Shown here in pieces: positions 17,481-27,331 of a stretch of 51,065 nt of DNA. Source of the stretch: a bacterium (GTDB taxonomy: Bacteria > JACRDZ01 > JAQUKH01); contig JAQUKH010000018.1 of the NCBI GenBank assembly GCA_028719205.1, forward strand, positions 1 to 51,065, in the 5' to 3' direction. The position numbers and the translations under genes are program-made. How positions within the stretch are numbered: the first letter of the stretch is position 1; every line of letters begins with the position of its first letter. The notes below the pieces were generated by a model, which saw nothing but the letters and a program-made list of their open reading frames with translations, did not search any database and had not been told where the DNA came from.

Positions 17481-19244
17481 TTAACCAGTTACTCTCGCCA
17501 GAAAAGACCATAGTGAAAAAGAAACTGCCCGAACAAATTTCGGTACTCTTATATTAAATATAGTTGTGGACCACTCCAATTCATTTGTGTCGCAAATAGT
17601 CGAAACGTTGTAGCTATCCATATTTCTCTTTAAATTCGCGAATGCCTCATTTCTGACTGATTCATCGCTGTATATCAGGATCTTATCAATTTTGGAGCAA
17701 AGTTCAATTGCCTTTAAGATCCTGTTCTCTAATTTCTGGTATTCTTTCTTTGTCACAAGGCCATACCGGAATTTTAACCGGTTCAGCTCAAGGCCAGCCT
17801 CGTAAGAACTCTCAACGATATCATGCCGCGAAAGCCATTTAGTCTCATAATTCAGAATATATTTCCAGCTTGGCTGGAGAAGTGCCTGCCTGTGTTCTTC
17901 CAAGGTCTTATAAAAGATCTTATAACCATACTGGTCGGGATTTTCAAAAACCATTGAACCCGGGTCAATAAACGGCGCCAGCGGCGATATAAACAATGAC
18001 ATCCTTTTTGAGTTCGCGTATTTTGAAAGCAAATAATCACAATATTTTACAGTCTCCCTGATCGATTCCCTTGTTTGTTCCGGAAGGCCGGTCATAAAGA
18101 AAAGATCCAGTCTTTTTACCCCAAGTTCCAAAGCTTGTTCTATCATCTCTTCCGCCTCAACATTCCCAAACGGCCTTCCAAACGCGCGGCGTATTTTTTC
18201 ATCATGCGATTGCAGTGAAAGCTGGATATTGAAATTTGGAACCGCCTCCGAGATCTCCTTCAACTGCTCTTTATCCGGGGGAACAAAAAACTCAAATATT
18301 ATCTGGTTCGTGATCTTCAGTTCCGCGAACTTTTTCATAAGGGCGCGGGTGTATTCCCTGCCGTTCTGGAAGATATCGCCGACAAGAAAGATCGGCCCTT
18401 TAATAAAACGGATCAAAGCCTTTATTTCTTTCCCGACATCTTCAACGGTTTTATAAACGGTTTCTTTCCGGTTGCAGTAATTCTTATAAAACTCCTTAGA
18501 CCCGCCGCAAACTTTGCAGTTGCAGTTGCATCCCCTGCATAAAACAATAACCGCGATAGGATAAGCCACCCAGTTTATGAACGGCAAATACCCGGAAAAA
18601 TCAAAATTTTTTAACGCCTGTAAAAATATATGTTTATAATCAATATTTATGCCTTCTAAACTGTTTGGAACATAACTGAACGGATTAAATAACGCGTTCC
18701 CCGTTCCATCACGCCAGCAAAGATTAGGAATGTGTTCAAGGCTTTCACCATTCTTTAAGGTAATAATAAGTTTTTCCAGAAGCGCCTCTGTCGAATCTCC
18801 CCGGATACAATAATCAACAGAAGGATATTCCATCAGTTCTTTATGGTAATACGTGGCTGATAATCCCCCAAAAACCACTTTGGAATCCGGATGAAAATTT
18901 TTTACAAGTTTCGCCACTTCAATGCTTCCATGCGCGTGCGGAAGCCAGTGAAGGTCGATCCCAAAGAGCCGGCTATCCATCTTTCTTAAAAACTTTTCAA
19001 CATCGAATTTTGGATTATGCAGCATCTTCAACGCGAGATTTACGATCCTCACCCTGAATCCCCTGCTGGTAAGATATCTTGAGATCGTGGTAAATCCGAT
19101 CGGATACATTTCAAAGATCGGAGTTGACGGAACAACATCGCTTATCGGCCCGTACATTATCGAACTCTTACGGAAATCGTATACACTTGGCGCGTGCAGA
19201 AGAACCAGGTCATACTTGTAATTATCTTTTGTTTTTGTTGACAT
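17481..19244 (-). CDS. B12-binding domain radical SAM protein, probably Ta0216/TIGR04190 family
   Basis: LHAPSVYDFR, GPISDVVPSTPIFEMYPIGF, GIDLHWLPHAHG, RGCNCNCKVC, SPLAPFIDPGS. Confidence 0.85.
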   Translation of the reverse strand: MSTKTKDNYKYDLVLLHAPSVYDFRKSSIMYGPISDVVPSTPIFEMYPIGFTTISRYLTSRGFRVRIVNLALKMLHNPKFDVEKFLRKMDSRLFGIDLHWLPHAHGSIEVAKLVKNFHPDSKVVFGGLSATYYHKELMEYPSVDYCIRGDSTEALLEKLIITLKNGESLEHIPNLCWRDGTGNALFNPFSYVPNSLEGINIDYKHIFLQALKNFDFSGYLPFINWVAYPIAVIVLCRGCNCNCKVCGGSKEFYKNYCNRKETVYKTVEDVGKEIKALIRFIKGPIFLVGDIFQNGREYTRALMKKFAELKITNQIIFEFFVPPDKEQLKEISEAVPNFNIQLSLQSHDEKIRRAFGRPFGNVEAEEMIEQALELGVKRLDLFFMTGLPEQTRESIRETVKYCDYLLSKYANSKRMSLFISPLAPFIDPGSMVFENPDQYGYKIFYKTLEEHRQALLQPSWKYILNYETKWLSRHDIVESSYEAGLELNRLKFRYGLVTKKEYQKLENRILKAIELCSKIDKILIYSDESVRNEAFANLKRNMDSYNVSTICDTNELEWSTTIFNIRVPKFVRAVSFSLWSFLARVTG

Positions 19245-19269
19245 TTTATCTCTCCAAAAAATGATAAAT

Positions 19270-19330
19270 GTAGGGGCGAACCTATGTGTTCGCCCGTATT
19301 AAAAGGGCAGACACATGGGTCTGCCCCTAC
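19270..19330. repeat. Inverted doublet of GTAG-type REP palindromes
   Basis: GTAGGGGCGAACCTATGTGTTCGCCC (+) and GTAGGGGCAGACCCATGTGTCTGCCC (-). The second supplies the TAG stop of the upstream gene. Confidence 0.85.
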
Positions 19331-19971
19331 GGCGCCGGAAAATAAACAAAAAATACATCCCAAGCTATATGCGTGATAACAGCCGGCCAGAAACCTGACT
19401 TAAAATAGATCCAGCCCCAGATAAACGCCAAAGAAAAATCTACTAATCCGGAAACGGGCCCAAGGGTGCAGGCCCTGGCACCGCTTATAATAGAGGCCAG
19501 AAGTATCGCGGTCTTATTGTCAAAATATAGATTAAATATATTTTGAACGTATACCCGATAGAACATTTCAACCGCTATAACGATCATAATTACACCGGAA
19601 ACAGACACGAAAATATTTATCTCATGCCAGGGGCGCACAAAATACTGCCAGAGATCAAGATCCACCAAACCCTGAAGCTTCGGGATCCTGCCGACCGCGG
19701 AAAAAGAAATCCGCATTAATAAATATAGAAAAAGCATAAGAGATACCCCCAAGGCCAAATATCTGGTTTTTACTTTTTTATCCGTTTTATTTTTTATATT
19801 TACATCAAATCCTTTCCCTAAAAAATATCCCGCGGTTAACATACAGGCAAAATACGCCATATTCCCATACGGCCTCATTCCCGGCAACGTATAAATAAGA
19901 TAATACAAACCCGCAACCGGAATATTTACCAAACACATTATTATTAAATCTTTTTTGCTTATCATATCCAT
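19327..19971 (-). CDS. CPBP (CAAX protease/Abi) family membrane protein with degenerate motifs
   Basis: Multi-TM; VEMFYR (EExxxR variant), WGWIY..SG, ITHIAWD. Confidence 0.7.
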   Translation of the reverse strand: MDMISKKDLIIMCLVNIPVAGLYYLIYTLPGMRPYGNMAYFACMLTAGYFLGKGFDVNIKNKTDKKVKTRYLALGVSLMLFLYLLMRISFSAVGRIPKLQGLVDLDLWQYFVRPWHEINIFVSVSGVIMIVIAVEMFYRVYVQNIFNLYFDNKTAILLASIISGARACTLGPVSGLVDFSLAFIWGWIYFKSGFWPAVITHIAWDVFFVYFPAP

Positions 19972-19990
19972 GCTCTATGCTCCATGTTTT

Positions 19991-21199
19991 TTAATAATAC
20001 CCGACTTCTTTCATCAGCTGTCCGACAACCTCTTTATATTCTTTATTAGCTTTTTTATATTCCTCAACGGATTCGTCAAGCTTTCCATCGGTTTGTTTTA
20101 TTTCAGCAAGGCCGTGATGAGTATAAGCTTTGTTTGGATTTACTTCAGAAACATTCGCGTTTACACCCAGCACCTTTTGTTTTTCTGAACCCATATAAAG
20201 ATCTAAAGCCTTTGTAAAACTTTCTACCGCTTTGACCTTGTCATTATTTTTTAAATATGTCACTCCTAAACCATAATAAGCGTCCGCTGACGCGGGAATA
20301 TTCTGGATAACAATGTTAAATTCTTTAATTGCCTCAGCGAGCCTATTCCCATCCTTGCACGCGATCGCGTAATTATAATGAGCTGACATATTACTTGAAT
20401 CGAGGTCTAACGCAGCAAGAAAATAATTGGTCGCTTTATCAAGCTCATCTTTTTTGGAATAAAAAATCCCTAATAATATATTCGCATCCGCGTATGTCGA
20501 ATCTTCTTTCAGCGCGGTTTCTAATTTCGGAAGCGCCTGGCTGATCAAACCCTTTTTGTAAAATTGCAATGCCATATTGTAATAAAATCCCGCTTTCCCT
20601 TTTGGCTGATATCCTTCCGGCGCCTTTTTAACAACCTGTTCTATTCCAAGGGCTGTTTCTATTGACCGGCGGACGATCCTCTCCCCCGAAAGATCGGGAA
20701 AACCCGGGATCAAAGCGGAAACTAAACCTTCTTTATCAATTATAATAAGGCTTGGAATTGTTACAACCCCGAATTTTTCATAAACCGCTAATCCTTTATC
20801 CACTAAAACAGGATATGAGATCTTGGCATCGACTGTCACACCCAATGCCTCGTCTAACTCACTGTCAGGAATTCCCTCCTGGCCGCGCGGGCTATAGACT
20901 GAAAGCACTTCCAGTCCTTTTTCTGAATGATATTTGTCATACATTTTCTGCAAATATCCCAATTCAGCGGCTGAACGCAGGTTTGGATTTGACCAGAAAA
21001 TAACAGCTACCGCTGATTTACCTTTATAACTGTCAATACTGTATTCTTTCCCCTGCATATCCTTAAGCGTAAAACTCACCATCGGATCATTTTCCTTTAA
21101 CCGTTTAAATGCCTGGCCGTTTGCCGGAACAAAAAACAGCAGAAAAAGAAATGTCATCAATAAAGTTACTAAGGTAATCTTGTTAATTTTCGTTTTCAT
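19991..21199 (-). CDS. Exported redoxin (AhpC/TSA-like fold, no CxxC) plus TPR-repeat protein
   Basis: Signal peptide, FTLKDMQGKEYSIDSYKGK, FGVVTIPSLIIIDKEG, then TPR repeats. ATG 21199 has a G-rich RBS. Confidence 0.8.
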   Translation of the reverse strand: MKTKINKITLVTLLMTFLFLLFFVPANGQAFKRLKENDPMVSFTLKDMQGKEYSIDSYKGKSAVAVIFWSNPNLRSAAELGYLQKMYDKYHSEKGLEVLSVYSPRGQEGIPDSELDEALGVTVDAKISYPVLVDKGLAVYEKFGVVTIPSLIIIDKEGLVSALIPGFPDLSGERIVRRSIETALGIEQVVKKAPEGYQPKGKAGFYYNMALQFYKKGLISQALPKLETALKEDSTYADANILLGIFYSKKDELDKATNYFLAALDLDSSNMSAHYNYAIACKDGNRLAEAIKEFNIVIQNIPASADAYYGLGVTYLKNNDKVKAVESFTKALDLYMGSEKQKVLGVNANVSEVNPNKAYTHHGLAEIKQTDGKLDESVEEYKKANKEYKEVVGQLMKEVGYY

Positions 21200-21230
21200 T
21201 TCAACCCCCCCCAAATTAAATTTTATTTTC

Positions 21231-21259
21231 TTGAACCTCACACTATATAATGTTAAAAT
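21231..21259 (+). promoter_or_regulatory. sigma70 promoter predicting a leaderless U32 mRNA
   Basis: TTGAAC-N17-TAAAAT with TG extension; ATG starts 7 nt after the -10 box; no SD. Confidence 0.55.
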
Positions 21260-21265
21260 ATTTTT

Positions 21266-22354
21266 ATGAGATTATCAATTCCCACTAACTGGGACAATAA
21301 GCTTATCGAAAACCTTTCAAGCCTTCCTATACACAACTACTATGCGAAATTACAGGAAGATGTCGTCGGCGGCGGAAGGCCGGCCGCAAGCATTCCTCAT
21401 GTAACACGGCAAAAAGTTAAAGAACACATCAAACTGATCCACGAGAACAAGGCATTATTTAACTATGTTCTCAATGCCCCCTGCCTCGGAAATACTGAGT
21501 ATTCGCCCTCCTATCGTAAACAGATCTTTCAGCTTCTTGACTGGCTTACTTTAATAGGAGTTGATTCCGTAACCGTTACCATTCCACTCCTGCTCGAATG
21601 GATCAAGAAAAATTTCCCGTCTTTAAAAGTAAGTGTCTCTGTTTTTTCTCACGTTGATACTATAAACATGGCAAAAATGTACGAAAACCTCGGAGCGGAT
21701 GAAATTACCATTACCCAGCAATTCAACCGCGATTTTAATTTTTTAAAGAGCCTTCGAAAAAACTGCAAAACTGATTTTCAGCTGATCGTAAACAACGCGT
21801 GCCTTTTCGGATGCCCTTTCCGAAGATACCATTCAAATCTGAACGCTCATTCATCACAAATCGGCGCGAAAAAACTGCCGCTGGATTATCCTGTAATGCG
21901 GTGCACGCTTCTTCGTTTCAAATATCCTTCTGAAATAATCCGCTCTCCCTGGGTCAGGCCTGAAGACCTTGTTTATTATGAAAAGATCGGAATAGATAAA
22001 TTTAAATTATCAGGCCGAACCAATACCACTGAATGGATCACCAAAACCGCGAAGGCGTACGCCGGCCGAAAAAGCCCGAAAAACTTCGCGGAACTTCTGG
22101 CCGTTCCGAATGCCGCCGGTTCCATGTTCAGAAAAACTATTCCGGGAGCGCCGGATGTCAATCTGGTTATTGATAACGATACCCTTCCAGGATTCATAAA
22201 ACATTTCCTTAATAAAAGTTGTTCCTCTCTTTCCTGCGATAAATGCCTCTACTGCGACCGGATAGCTTTAAAGAGCGTAAAGACATCCAAAGAACTTTCT
22301 AAAAAACTTATTTCAGCCTACGAAAAAGTATTATCTGATTTCCAGAACATTTAA
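21266..22354 (+). CDS. U32 family protein (Fe-S hydroxylase-like)
   Basis: GGGR, FNYVLNAPC, NNACLFGCP, WVRPEDL, FKLSGR, C-terminal CSSLSCDKCLYC. Confidence 0.85.
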   Translation: MRLSIPTNWDNKLIENLSSLPIHNYYAKLQEDVVGGGRPAASIPHVTRQKVKEHIKLIHENKALFNYVLNAPCLGNTEYSPSYRKQIFQLLDWLTLIGVDSVTVTIPLLLEWIKKNFPSLKVSVSVFSHVDTINMAKMYENLGADEITITQQFNRDFNFLKSLRKNCKTDFQLIVNNACLFGCPFRRYHSNLNAHSSQIGAKKLPLDYPVMRCTLLRFKYPSEIIRSPWVRPEDLVYYEKIGIDKFKLSGRTNTTEWITKTAKAYAGRKSPKNFAELLAVPNAAGSMFRKTIPGAPDVNLVIDNDTLPGFIKHFLNKSCSSLSCDKCLYCDRIALKSVKTSKELSKKLISAYEKVLSDFQNI

Positions 22355-23004
22355 TAAACCGCTAAATCTTTAACCTTATCCAAACGTTTTCTAAATTCGC
22401 GAATTATATTAACAAAATCATTTATTTCACAATTCGCGCCTACTTTTACCCCTCTGACAAAATCCCTGGGAACCAGTTCTTCCAGGGGAAGATTTTCATA
22501 TTCCTGATCACCGTCAAAGAAAATATCAATCCCTAATTTCGGTGAAACTTTTAGATTTTCAAGAGCCTTCAGCCCCAGCCATGGAACTATAATTCTATCC
22601 GCGCCCATACACCGGGCAAAATTGGCATCACGGTTCGATTGGATCCCGCAAACCACTGAAGCTATTATTTCAATATTACTGTCGGGAAAGTTATCCGACA
22701 CCCAGGATATCAGGCGATAATCCCCAAGCACCAGGCCATCCGGCTGATATGGAATAACATCTTTAATAGCCTGCAATATATCATCATATTGATTATCGGC
22801 CAATTTAGCGTTAAATACCACATACGCTTTTTTTTGATATTTATGCGCGTATTCTATCGCAGAGCTTACCTCTTCTTTTGAAAAAATAACACCGTGATAA
22901 CTTATGGTCACTAATCCCTGAACAGGAATATAAACGGAATCGGCGCCATTTTGTATTGCCGACTTAAGAAATTCCCAATTTGGTGTTGGTACCATTAATT
23001 CCAT
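22351..23004 (-). CDS. Short U32 family protein (N-terminal part only)
   Basis: MELMVP, AIQNGADSVY, AIEYAHKYQKKAYVVFN, DGLVLGD; no Cys cluster. Confidence 0.75.
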   Translation of the reverse strand: MELMVPTPNWEFLKSAIQNGADSVYIPVQGLVTISYHGVIFSKEEVSSAIEYAHKYQKKAYVVFNAKLADNQYDDILQAIKDVIPYQPDGLVLGDYRLISWVSDNFPDSNIEIIASVVCGIQSNRDANFARCMGADRIIVPWLGLKALENLKVSPKLGIDIFFDGDQEYENLPLEELVPRDFVRGVKVGANCEINDFVNIIREFRKRLDKVKDLAVY

Positions 23005-23028
23005 TTGATCCGCCTCCTAAGTGCTTCA

Positions 23029-24060
23029 CTAATCTATTTCAGAAAATTCCAACGCGACAGTCTTATTTATCTCTGCCGACTTATAAGCCGCTGACATGCA
23101 CATCGCGTTAATGATCGCCTCATCGATTCCGTCAGGCGAAAAATCCTTATTTTTTAATCTGCTGTAAAATTTATTAAAAAGTCCCAGATACCAGTCAGAA
23201 TGACTTGAATCAGAGGACATACCCTCATTCAAAATTATTTTCTCTTTTTTCCCGAAAGTATTTAATACAATTTCATTTTCTGTCACGGAAATATCACCAT
23301 CTGTTCCTAATATCTTAAAGATCGTTTCCTTCTCCTTACCCGCCCATGTCAAAGCGAACTGAGCTATACCTTTTTCATATTTAATATTTATCCATGCCGT
23401 ATCTTCCACCGTATATTCGAAATGGTAAAGTCTTTCTGTCTGCGCGGTAATATGCTTCGGTACCCCTAATATTGAAGACGCGAGATAAAAAAGATGCGAA
23501 CCATGATCAACAATAATGCCTCCCCCGCTATTCTCGATTTCACTCCGCCATACCGGATTCCACGCGTCATTGCCTTTATTTATCCCGGTACGGTACACAA
23601 AAAACTGCATAAGAAAAGGTTTTCCTATCAACCCTCTGTTTATAATAAAATCCACTTTTTGCCATACTGGAGAATAACGGTACTGATGCCCCGGTAAAAA
23701 CACCAGATTGCTTTTCGCCAGTTTCTCTTTTATCCGTAAAAGAGATTCAAAATTTATATCAACCGGTTTTTCGCATATTATATTTATTTTCTTTTCCACC
23801 GCGCGCGCTATAATTTCAAAATGGCTCAATGGCGGCGTACAAATATCAACAAAATCAAGTTTTTCATTTGTTAACAGTTCGTTAATATCGGAATACGCGT
23901 TGCTTTGGGGTGACATTTTTTTAAATTTTTCGATATTTTCCCCAACACAATCGCATCCGGCAACAATTTGAAATTTTTTCATCATATCCGGATTAAGATA
24001 TGCCTTCAAATGGCCGTTTAAACCTATGTTTCCTAAACCAATAATTGCTCCGCGATACAC
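23029..24060 (-). CDS. Gfo/Idh/MocA family oxidoreductase (inositol dehydrogenase-like)
   Basis: IIGLGNIG, DICTPPLSH, ICEKP, GGGIIVDHGSH. Confidence 0.9.
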   Translation of the reverse strand: MYRGAIIGLGNIGLNGHLKAYLNPDMMKKFQIVAGCDCVGENIEKFKKMSPQSNAYSDINELLTNEKLDFVDICTPPLSHFEIIARAVEKKINIICEKPVDINFESLLRIKEKLAKSNLVFLPGHQYRYSPVWQKVDFIINRGLIGKPFLMQFFVYRTGINKGNDAWNPVWRSEIENSGGGIIVDHGSHLFYLASSILGVPKHITAQTERLYHFEYTVEDTAWINIKYEKGIAQFALTWAGKEKETIFKILGTDGDISVTENEIVLNTFGKKEKIILNEGMSSDSSHSDWYLGLFNKFYSRLKNKDFSPDGIDEAIINAMCMSAAYKSAEINKTVALEFSEID

Positions 24061-24887
24061 GGTTCTTCCTCCTTCATAGTGTTACCGCTGTTAAGATAAA
24101 TATCTATAAATTTTTTCGCTAATATTGAGGCCCTTTTTGGAAATTCATTATGTTTATTTAATTCAACTGAAAGCCACCCGTTATAATTTATTTTTTCCAA
24201 ATATTCAAAAAATTGGTCAAAATCAATATCCCCTTGTCCGGGTATCAAATGACGGTGCGGAAAATCTTTACGAAAAACATCATCCACATGTATCACCTGT
24301 AAATAATTTTTTAACTTGTCAATATACGCGGGAACCTCTTCTCCGACACCAAAACAATGCCCTATATCAACCAGCGCGCGAAAGGTATCTTTTCCCAGCC
24401 TATTGATAGCTTCCACAACCTGTTCGGGACGGGAAAGCCATTTTTCCGGTTCCGCTTCCAGGGCTACGATAATATTTCTCTTGCGCGCCTCTTCCCCGAT
24501 CATATCCATGGCCTGATAAAAATATTCTCCCTGCTTTTTAAAACTTAGCTCATTTTCAGGATATAATCCGCCTGAGGCCGTGTGCACTGCACCGACTCCA
24601 AAAAATTCCGCCATACGGATACAGCCTAAAAACTTTTCAATGTTCTCTTTTCTTTTCTCCGGTTCAGGCGCGACAAAATCCAAATGCGCGCTTATACCGT
24701 AAACCTCAAGTCCCAGCTTGTAAATAATTCTTTTTATGTCACGTAAGCGCATTTCTGAATCACGGGAAGATATATGATTTCCCTTCGCCCAAAGTTCAAC
24801 TCCTTTATATCCCTGTCCGGCAATCGAGTTTAAGGCGTATTCAATCGGGAAATTCCGGTAAGCATTAAGAAAAAATCCTAATTTCAT
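24033..24887 (-). CDS. Sugar phosphate isomerase/epimerase (xylose-isomerase-like TIM barrel; IolE/IolI-like)
   Basis: GYKGVEL, ALEAEP, DIGH, IHVDD, HLIPGQGDIDF, WLSVEL metal ligands. Confidence 0.9.
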   Translation of the reverse strand: MKLGFFLNAYRNFPIEYALNSIAGQGYKGVELWAKGNHISSRDSEMRLRDIKRIIYKLGLEVYGISAHLDFVAPEPEKRKENIEKFLGCIRMAEFFGVGAVHTASGGLYPENELSFKKQGEYFYQAMDMIGEEARKRNIIVALEAEPEKWLSRPEQVVEAINRLGKDTFRALVDIGHCFGVGEEVPAYIDKLKNYLQVIHVDDVFRKDFPHRHLIPGQGDIDFDQFFEYLEKINYNGWLSVELNKHNEFPKRASILAKKFIDIYLNSGNTMKEEEPCIAEQLLV

Positions 24888-24930
24888 TTTAATTCTCCTA
24901 TTTACTTTAACTCCTGAGGGAGCCCTCTTT

Positions 24931-25845
24931 TTATCTAATTATCAAATCTGATAAAGTAATGAATAAAAACCCTGTTGCTGTTAACGCGTTTATCAAGAAA
25001 AAAGTTTTATTTGTCCTTAGTATCTCAGTTTTTTGTGTAGCAATATGACCATATATCACCAAAACACCTAAGGTTAAAATCCCAATAAAATAAATATTCC
25101 TGAAACTATATATTTTTGCCAAATATAAAAGAAGAGAAATACTTATAATATGAAGGCCAAAGGCTATTATCTGGCTTTTTTTCTCACCCAGCAGCTCCGG
25201 TATCGAATGAAGCCCATGCGTCCTGTAAAATTCTATATCTTCACGGTCATAAATAATATCAAATCCGCTTGTCCAGAAAAACACTGCCAGCCCCATAACC
25301 ATAGCGGAAAGGTTCCATTCTCCTTTAACAGCTATCCATCCCCCGACAGGCGCCCAGAATAATATTGCCCCGAGTAAAAAATGGTTCAACCAGGTCCATC
25401 TCTTGGCTGATGAATAAACAAGAATAAGCGCGATTGGAATTGGAGAAAGATACAAACAAAGCGGATTCAACATCCATGCGCTTAAAATAAATAAGACCAA
25501 AGAAAACACCGTAAAAATTATTACTTCATTATCCCTGATAACCCCTTTTACTAACGCTCTTTCCTTAGTCCTCGGATTTTTTCCATCAATGTCTTTATCC
25601 AGCAAACGGTTAACCGCCATTCCCGCGTTCCGTGCGGAAACAACCGCCAGAATGATCCAGAATATATTCGTTATAGAAGGTATCAACCTCCCATTTATGC
25701 TATATTGGGCAAGTGCTGCCCCCGCCAAAGCAAAAGGCAAAGTAAAGATCACAAAAGGAAATAGTGTAAGCTCAGAATAAATACGAATCTTTTCTCTAAA
25801 ACTTTTGGCTTGTAACTTATGACTTGTGACTTTACTTGAATCCAT
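24931..25845 (-). CDS. ubiA: UbiA family prenyltransferase (MqnP-like)
   Basis: NRLLDKDIDGKNPRTKER, YSSAKRWT, GFDIIY; ATG 25845 with GAGGTGG RBS. Confidence 0.85.
   Translation of the reverse strand: MDSSKVTSHKLQAKSFREKIRIYSELTLFPFVIFTLPFALAGAALAQYSINGRLIPSITNIFWIILAVVSARNAGMAVNRLLDKDIDGKNPRTKERALVKGVIRDNEVIIFTVFSLVLFILSAWMLNPLCLYLSPIPIALILVYSSAKRWTWLNHFLLGAILFWAPVGGWIAVKGEWNLSAMVMGLAVFFWTSGFDIIYDREDIEFYRTHGLHSIPELLGEKKSQIIAFGLHIISISLLLYLAKIYSFRNIYFIGILTLGVLVIYGHIATQKTEILRTNKTFFLINALTATGFLFITLSDLIIR
25808..25832 (-). repeat. Heptamer tandem repeat within the 5' end of ubiA
   Basis: AAGTCAC-AAGTCAT-AAGTTAC-AAGC, encoding KVTSHKLQ; same unit as 40758-40872. Confidence 0.6.
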
Positions 25846-27280
25846 ATTCTTTCCACCTCTTTTCAACAAGTTCAATTATCTCTTTCTTCTGAGAAATCTT
25901 TTCCGGCCACTGCCTTCCGTCCAATTCTTTCGGGAATTTCCGCGTGGCGTCAATACCGATCTTGGACCCAAAGCCTTCCTTTAAACTGGAAAAATCCAAT
26001 ATATCCGCAGGCCCCTTCGCGGTAACAATATCCCGCTCCGGATCAATATTATTCCCAAGGTTCCATAAAACGTCACTGATAGAACTGATATTAATATCAT
26101 CATCCACAATAATTATAATTTTGGAAAACATCATCTGGCCGAGGCCCCAAACCGCGTGCATTATTTTATGCGCCTGCCAGGCATAAGTTTTTTTGATGCT
26201 GAAGATCACAATGTTATGAAAACCTCCCTCTAATGGAAGATTCATATCAACTATTTCAGGAATAGTTAATTTCACAAGCGGAAGAAAAATCCGCTCAGTC
26301 GCCTTTCCTAAAAAATTATCTTCAACAGGGGGAATACCAGTAGATACAGTATGATAGATAGGGTCTTTTCTGTGTGTAATACAAGTCAGATGAAATACCG
26401 GAAACTTATCAGGTAAAGAATAATGCCCCGTATGATCTCCAAACGGGCCTTCCACCCGTCGCTCGCCGGGCTCAATATAACCTTCCAGGATTATCTCGCT
26501 GTTAGCCGGAACCTCAAGGTCGATTGTCTTGCATTTGACGAGTTCAACCGGCTCCCCTTTTAAAAATCCGGCAAAAATAAATTCATCTATATCGGGGGGG
26601 AGGGGCGCTGTGGCGGCATAGGTAGTGGCCGTATCTGACCCAACCGCCACAGCCACCGCTAATCTCCTCCCCAATTTCTCCGCTTTTTGAAAATGCCTTG
26701 CTCCGTCTTTATGCGGATGCCAATGCATACCGCACGTTTGCCCGTCAAAAACCTGCATCCTGTACATCCCGACATTTCTTACGTTCGTCTCCGGGTCTCT
26801 CGTAATAACCAGCGGCAAGGTAATATATTTTCCGCCATCCTTCGGATAATACTTCAATATCGGAAATTCATCCAGAGAAAAATAATTTTTTGTTACGATT
26901 TCCTGGCAAACCCCGTTATTTACATCTTTAGGTTTGAACGACCTGAAGGTTTTATATAATTTTGGAATGGAACGTACCTTACCAAAAAAAGAATCCGGCA
27001 TCTTCGGTTTAATAATTTCTTCAATTCTTTTCGCGATATCATCCAGTTTTTCCACACCTAACGCATGAGACATCTTCTCTAAACTTCCGAACGTGTTGAT
27101 TAAAACAGGATATTTAGATCCTGATACATTTTCAAAAAGAAGCGCCGGCCCGTTTGAACGCGTAACGCGATTTGATATCTCAGCGATCTCTAACTCGCTG
27201 TTAACCGGAATTTTTACCCTTAAAAGCCCGCCCGTCGCTTCTAACGATTTAATATATTCCCTAAGATCTTTGTAAGCCAT
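25832..27280 (-). CDS. ubiD: UbiD family prFMN-dependent decarboxylase (menaquinone MqnL-like)
   Basis: MAYKDLREYI, GPALLFENV, RNVGMYRMQ, EGPFGDHTGHY, IIIIVDDDI, KIGIDAT. Confidence 0.92.
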   Translation of the reverse strand: MAYKDLREYIKSLEATGGLLRVKIPVNSELEIAEISNRVTRSNGPALLFENVSGSKYPVLINTFGSLEKMSHALGVEKLDDIAKRIEEIIKPKMPDSFFGKVRSIPKLYKTFRSFKPKDVNNGVCQEIVTKNYFSLDEFPILKYYPKDGGKYITLPLVITRDPETNVRNVGMYRMQVFDGQTCGMHWHPHKDGARHFQKAEKLGRRLAVAVAVGSDTATTYAATAPLPPDIDEFIFAGFLKGEPVELVKCKTIDLEVPANSEIILEGYIEPGERRVEGPFGDHTGHYSLPDKFPVFHLTCITHRKDPIYHTVSTGIPPVEDNFLGKATERIFLPLVKLTIPEIVDMNLPLEGGFHNIVIFSIKKTYAWQAHKIMHAVWGLGQMMFSKIIIIVDDDINISSISDVLWNLGNNIDPERDIVTAKGPADILDFSSLKEGFGSKIGIDATRKFPKELDGRQWPEKISQKKEIIELVEKRWKEYGFK

Positions 27281-27331
27281 AATTCTTTCTCCTGCTTTAT
27301 ATACGTAACAACTCCTAATAAAAAATCCCTT

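Noticed and set aside
19157-19363. 68-aa ORF containing VGADPCVCP
   Set aside because: It is the translation of the REP doublet and overlaps real genes.
20940-21010. Selenocysteine in the redoxin active site
   Set aside because: No in-frame TGA; the site simply lacks Cys.
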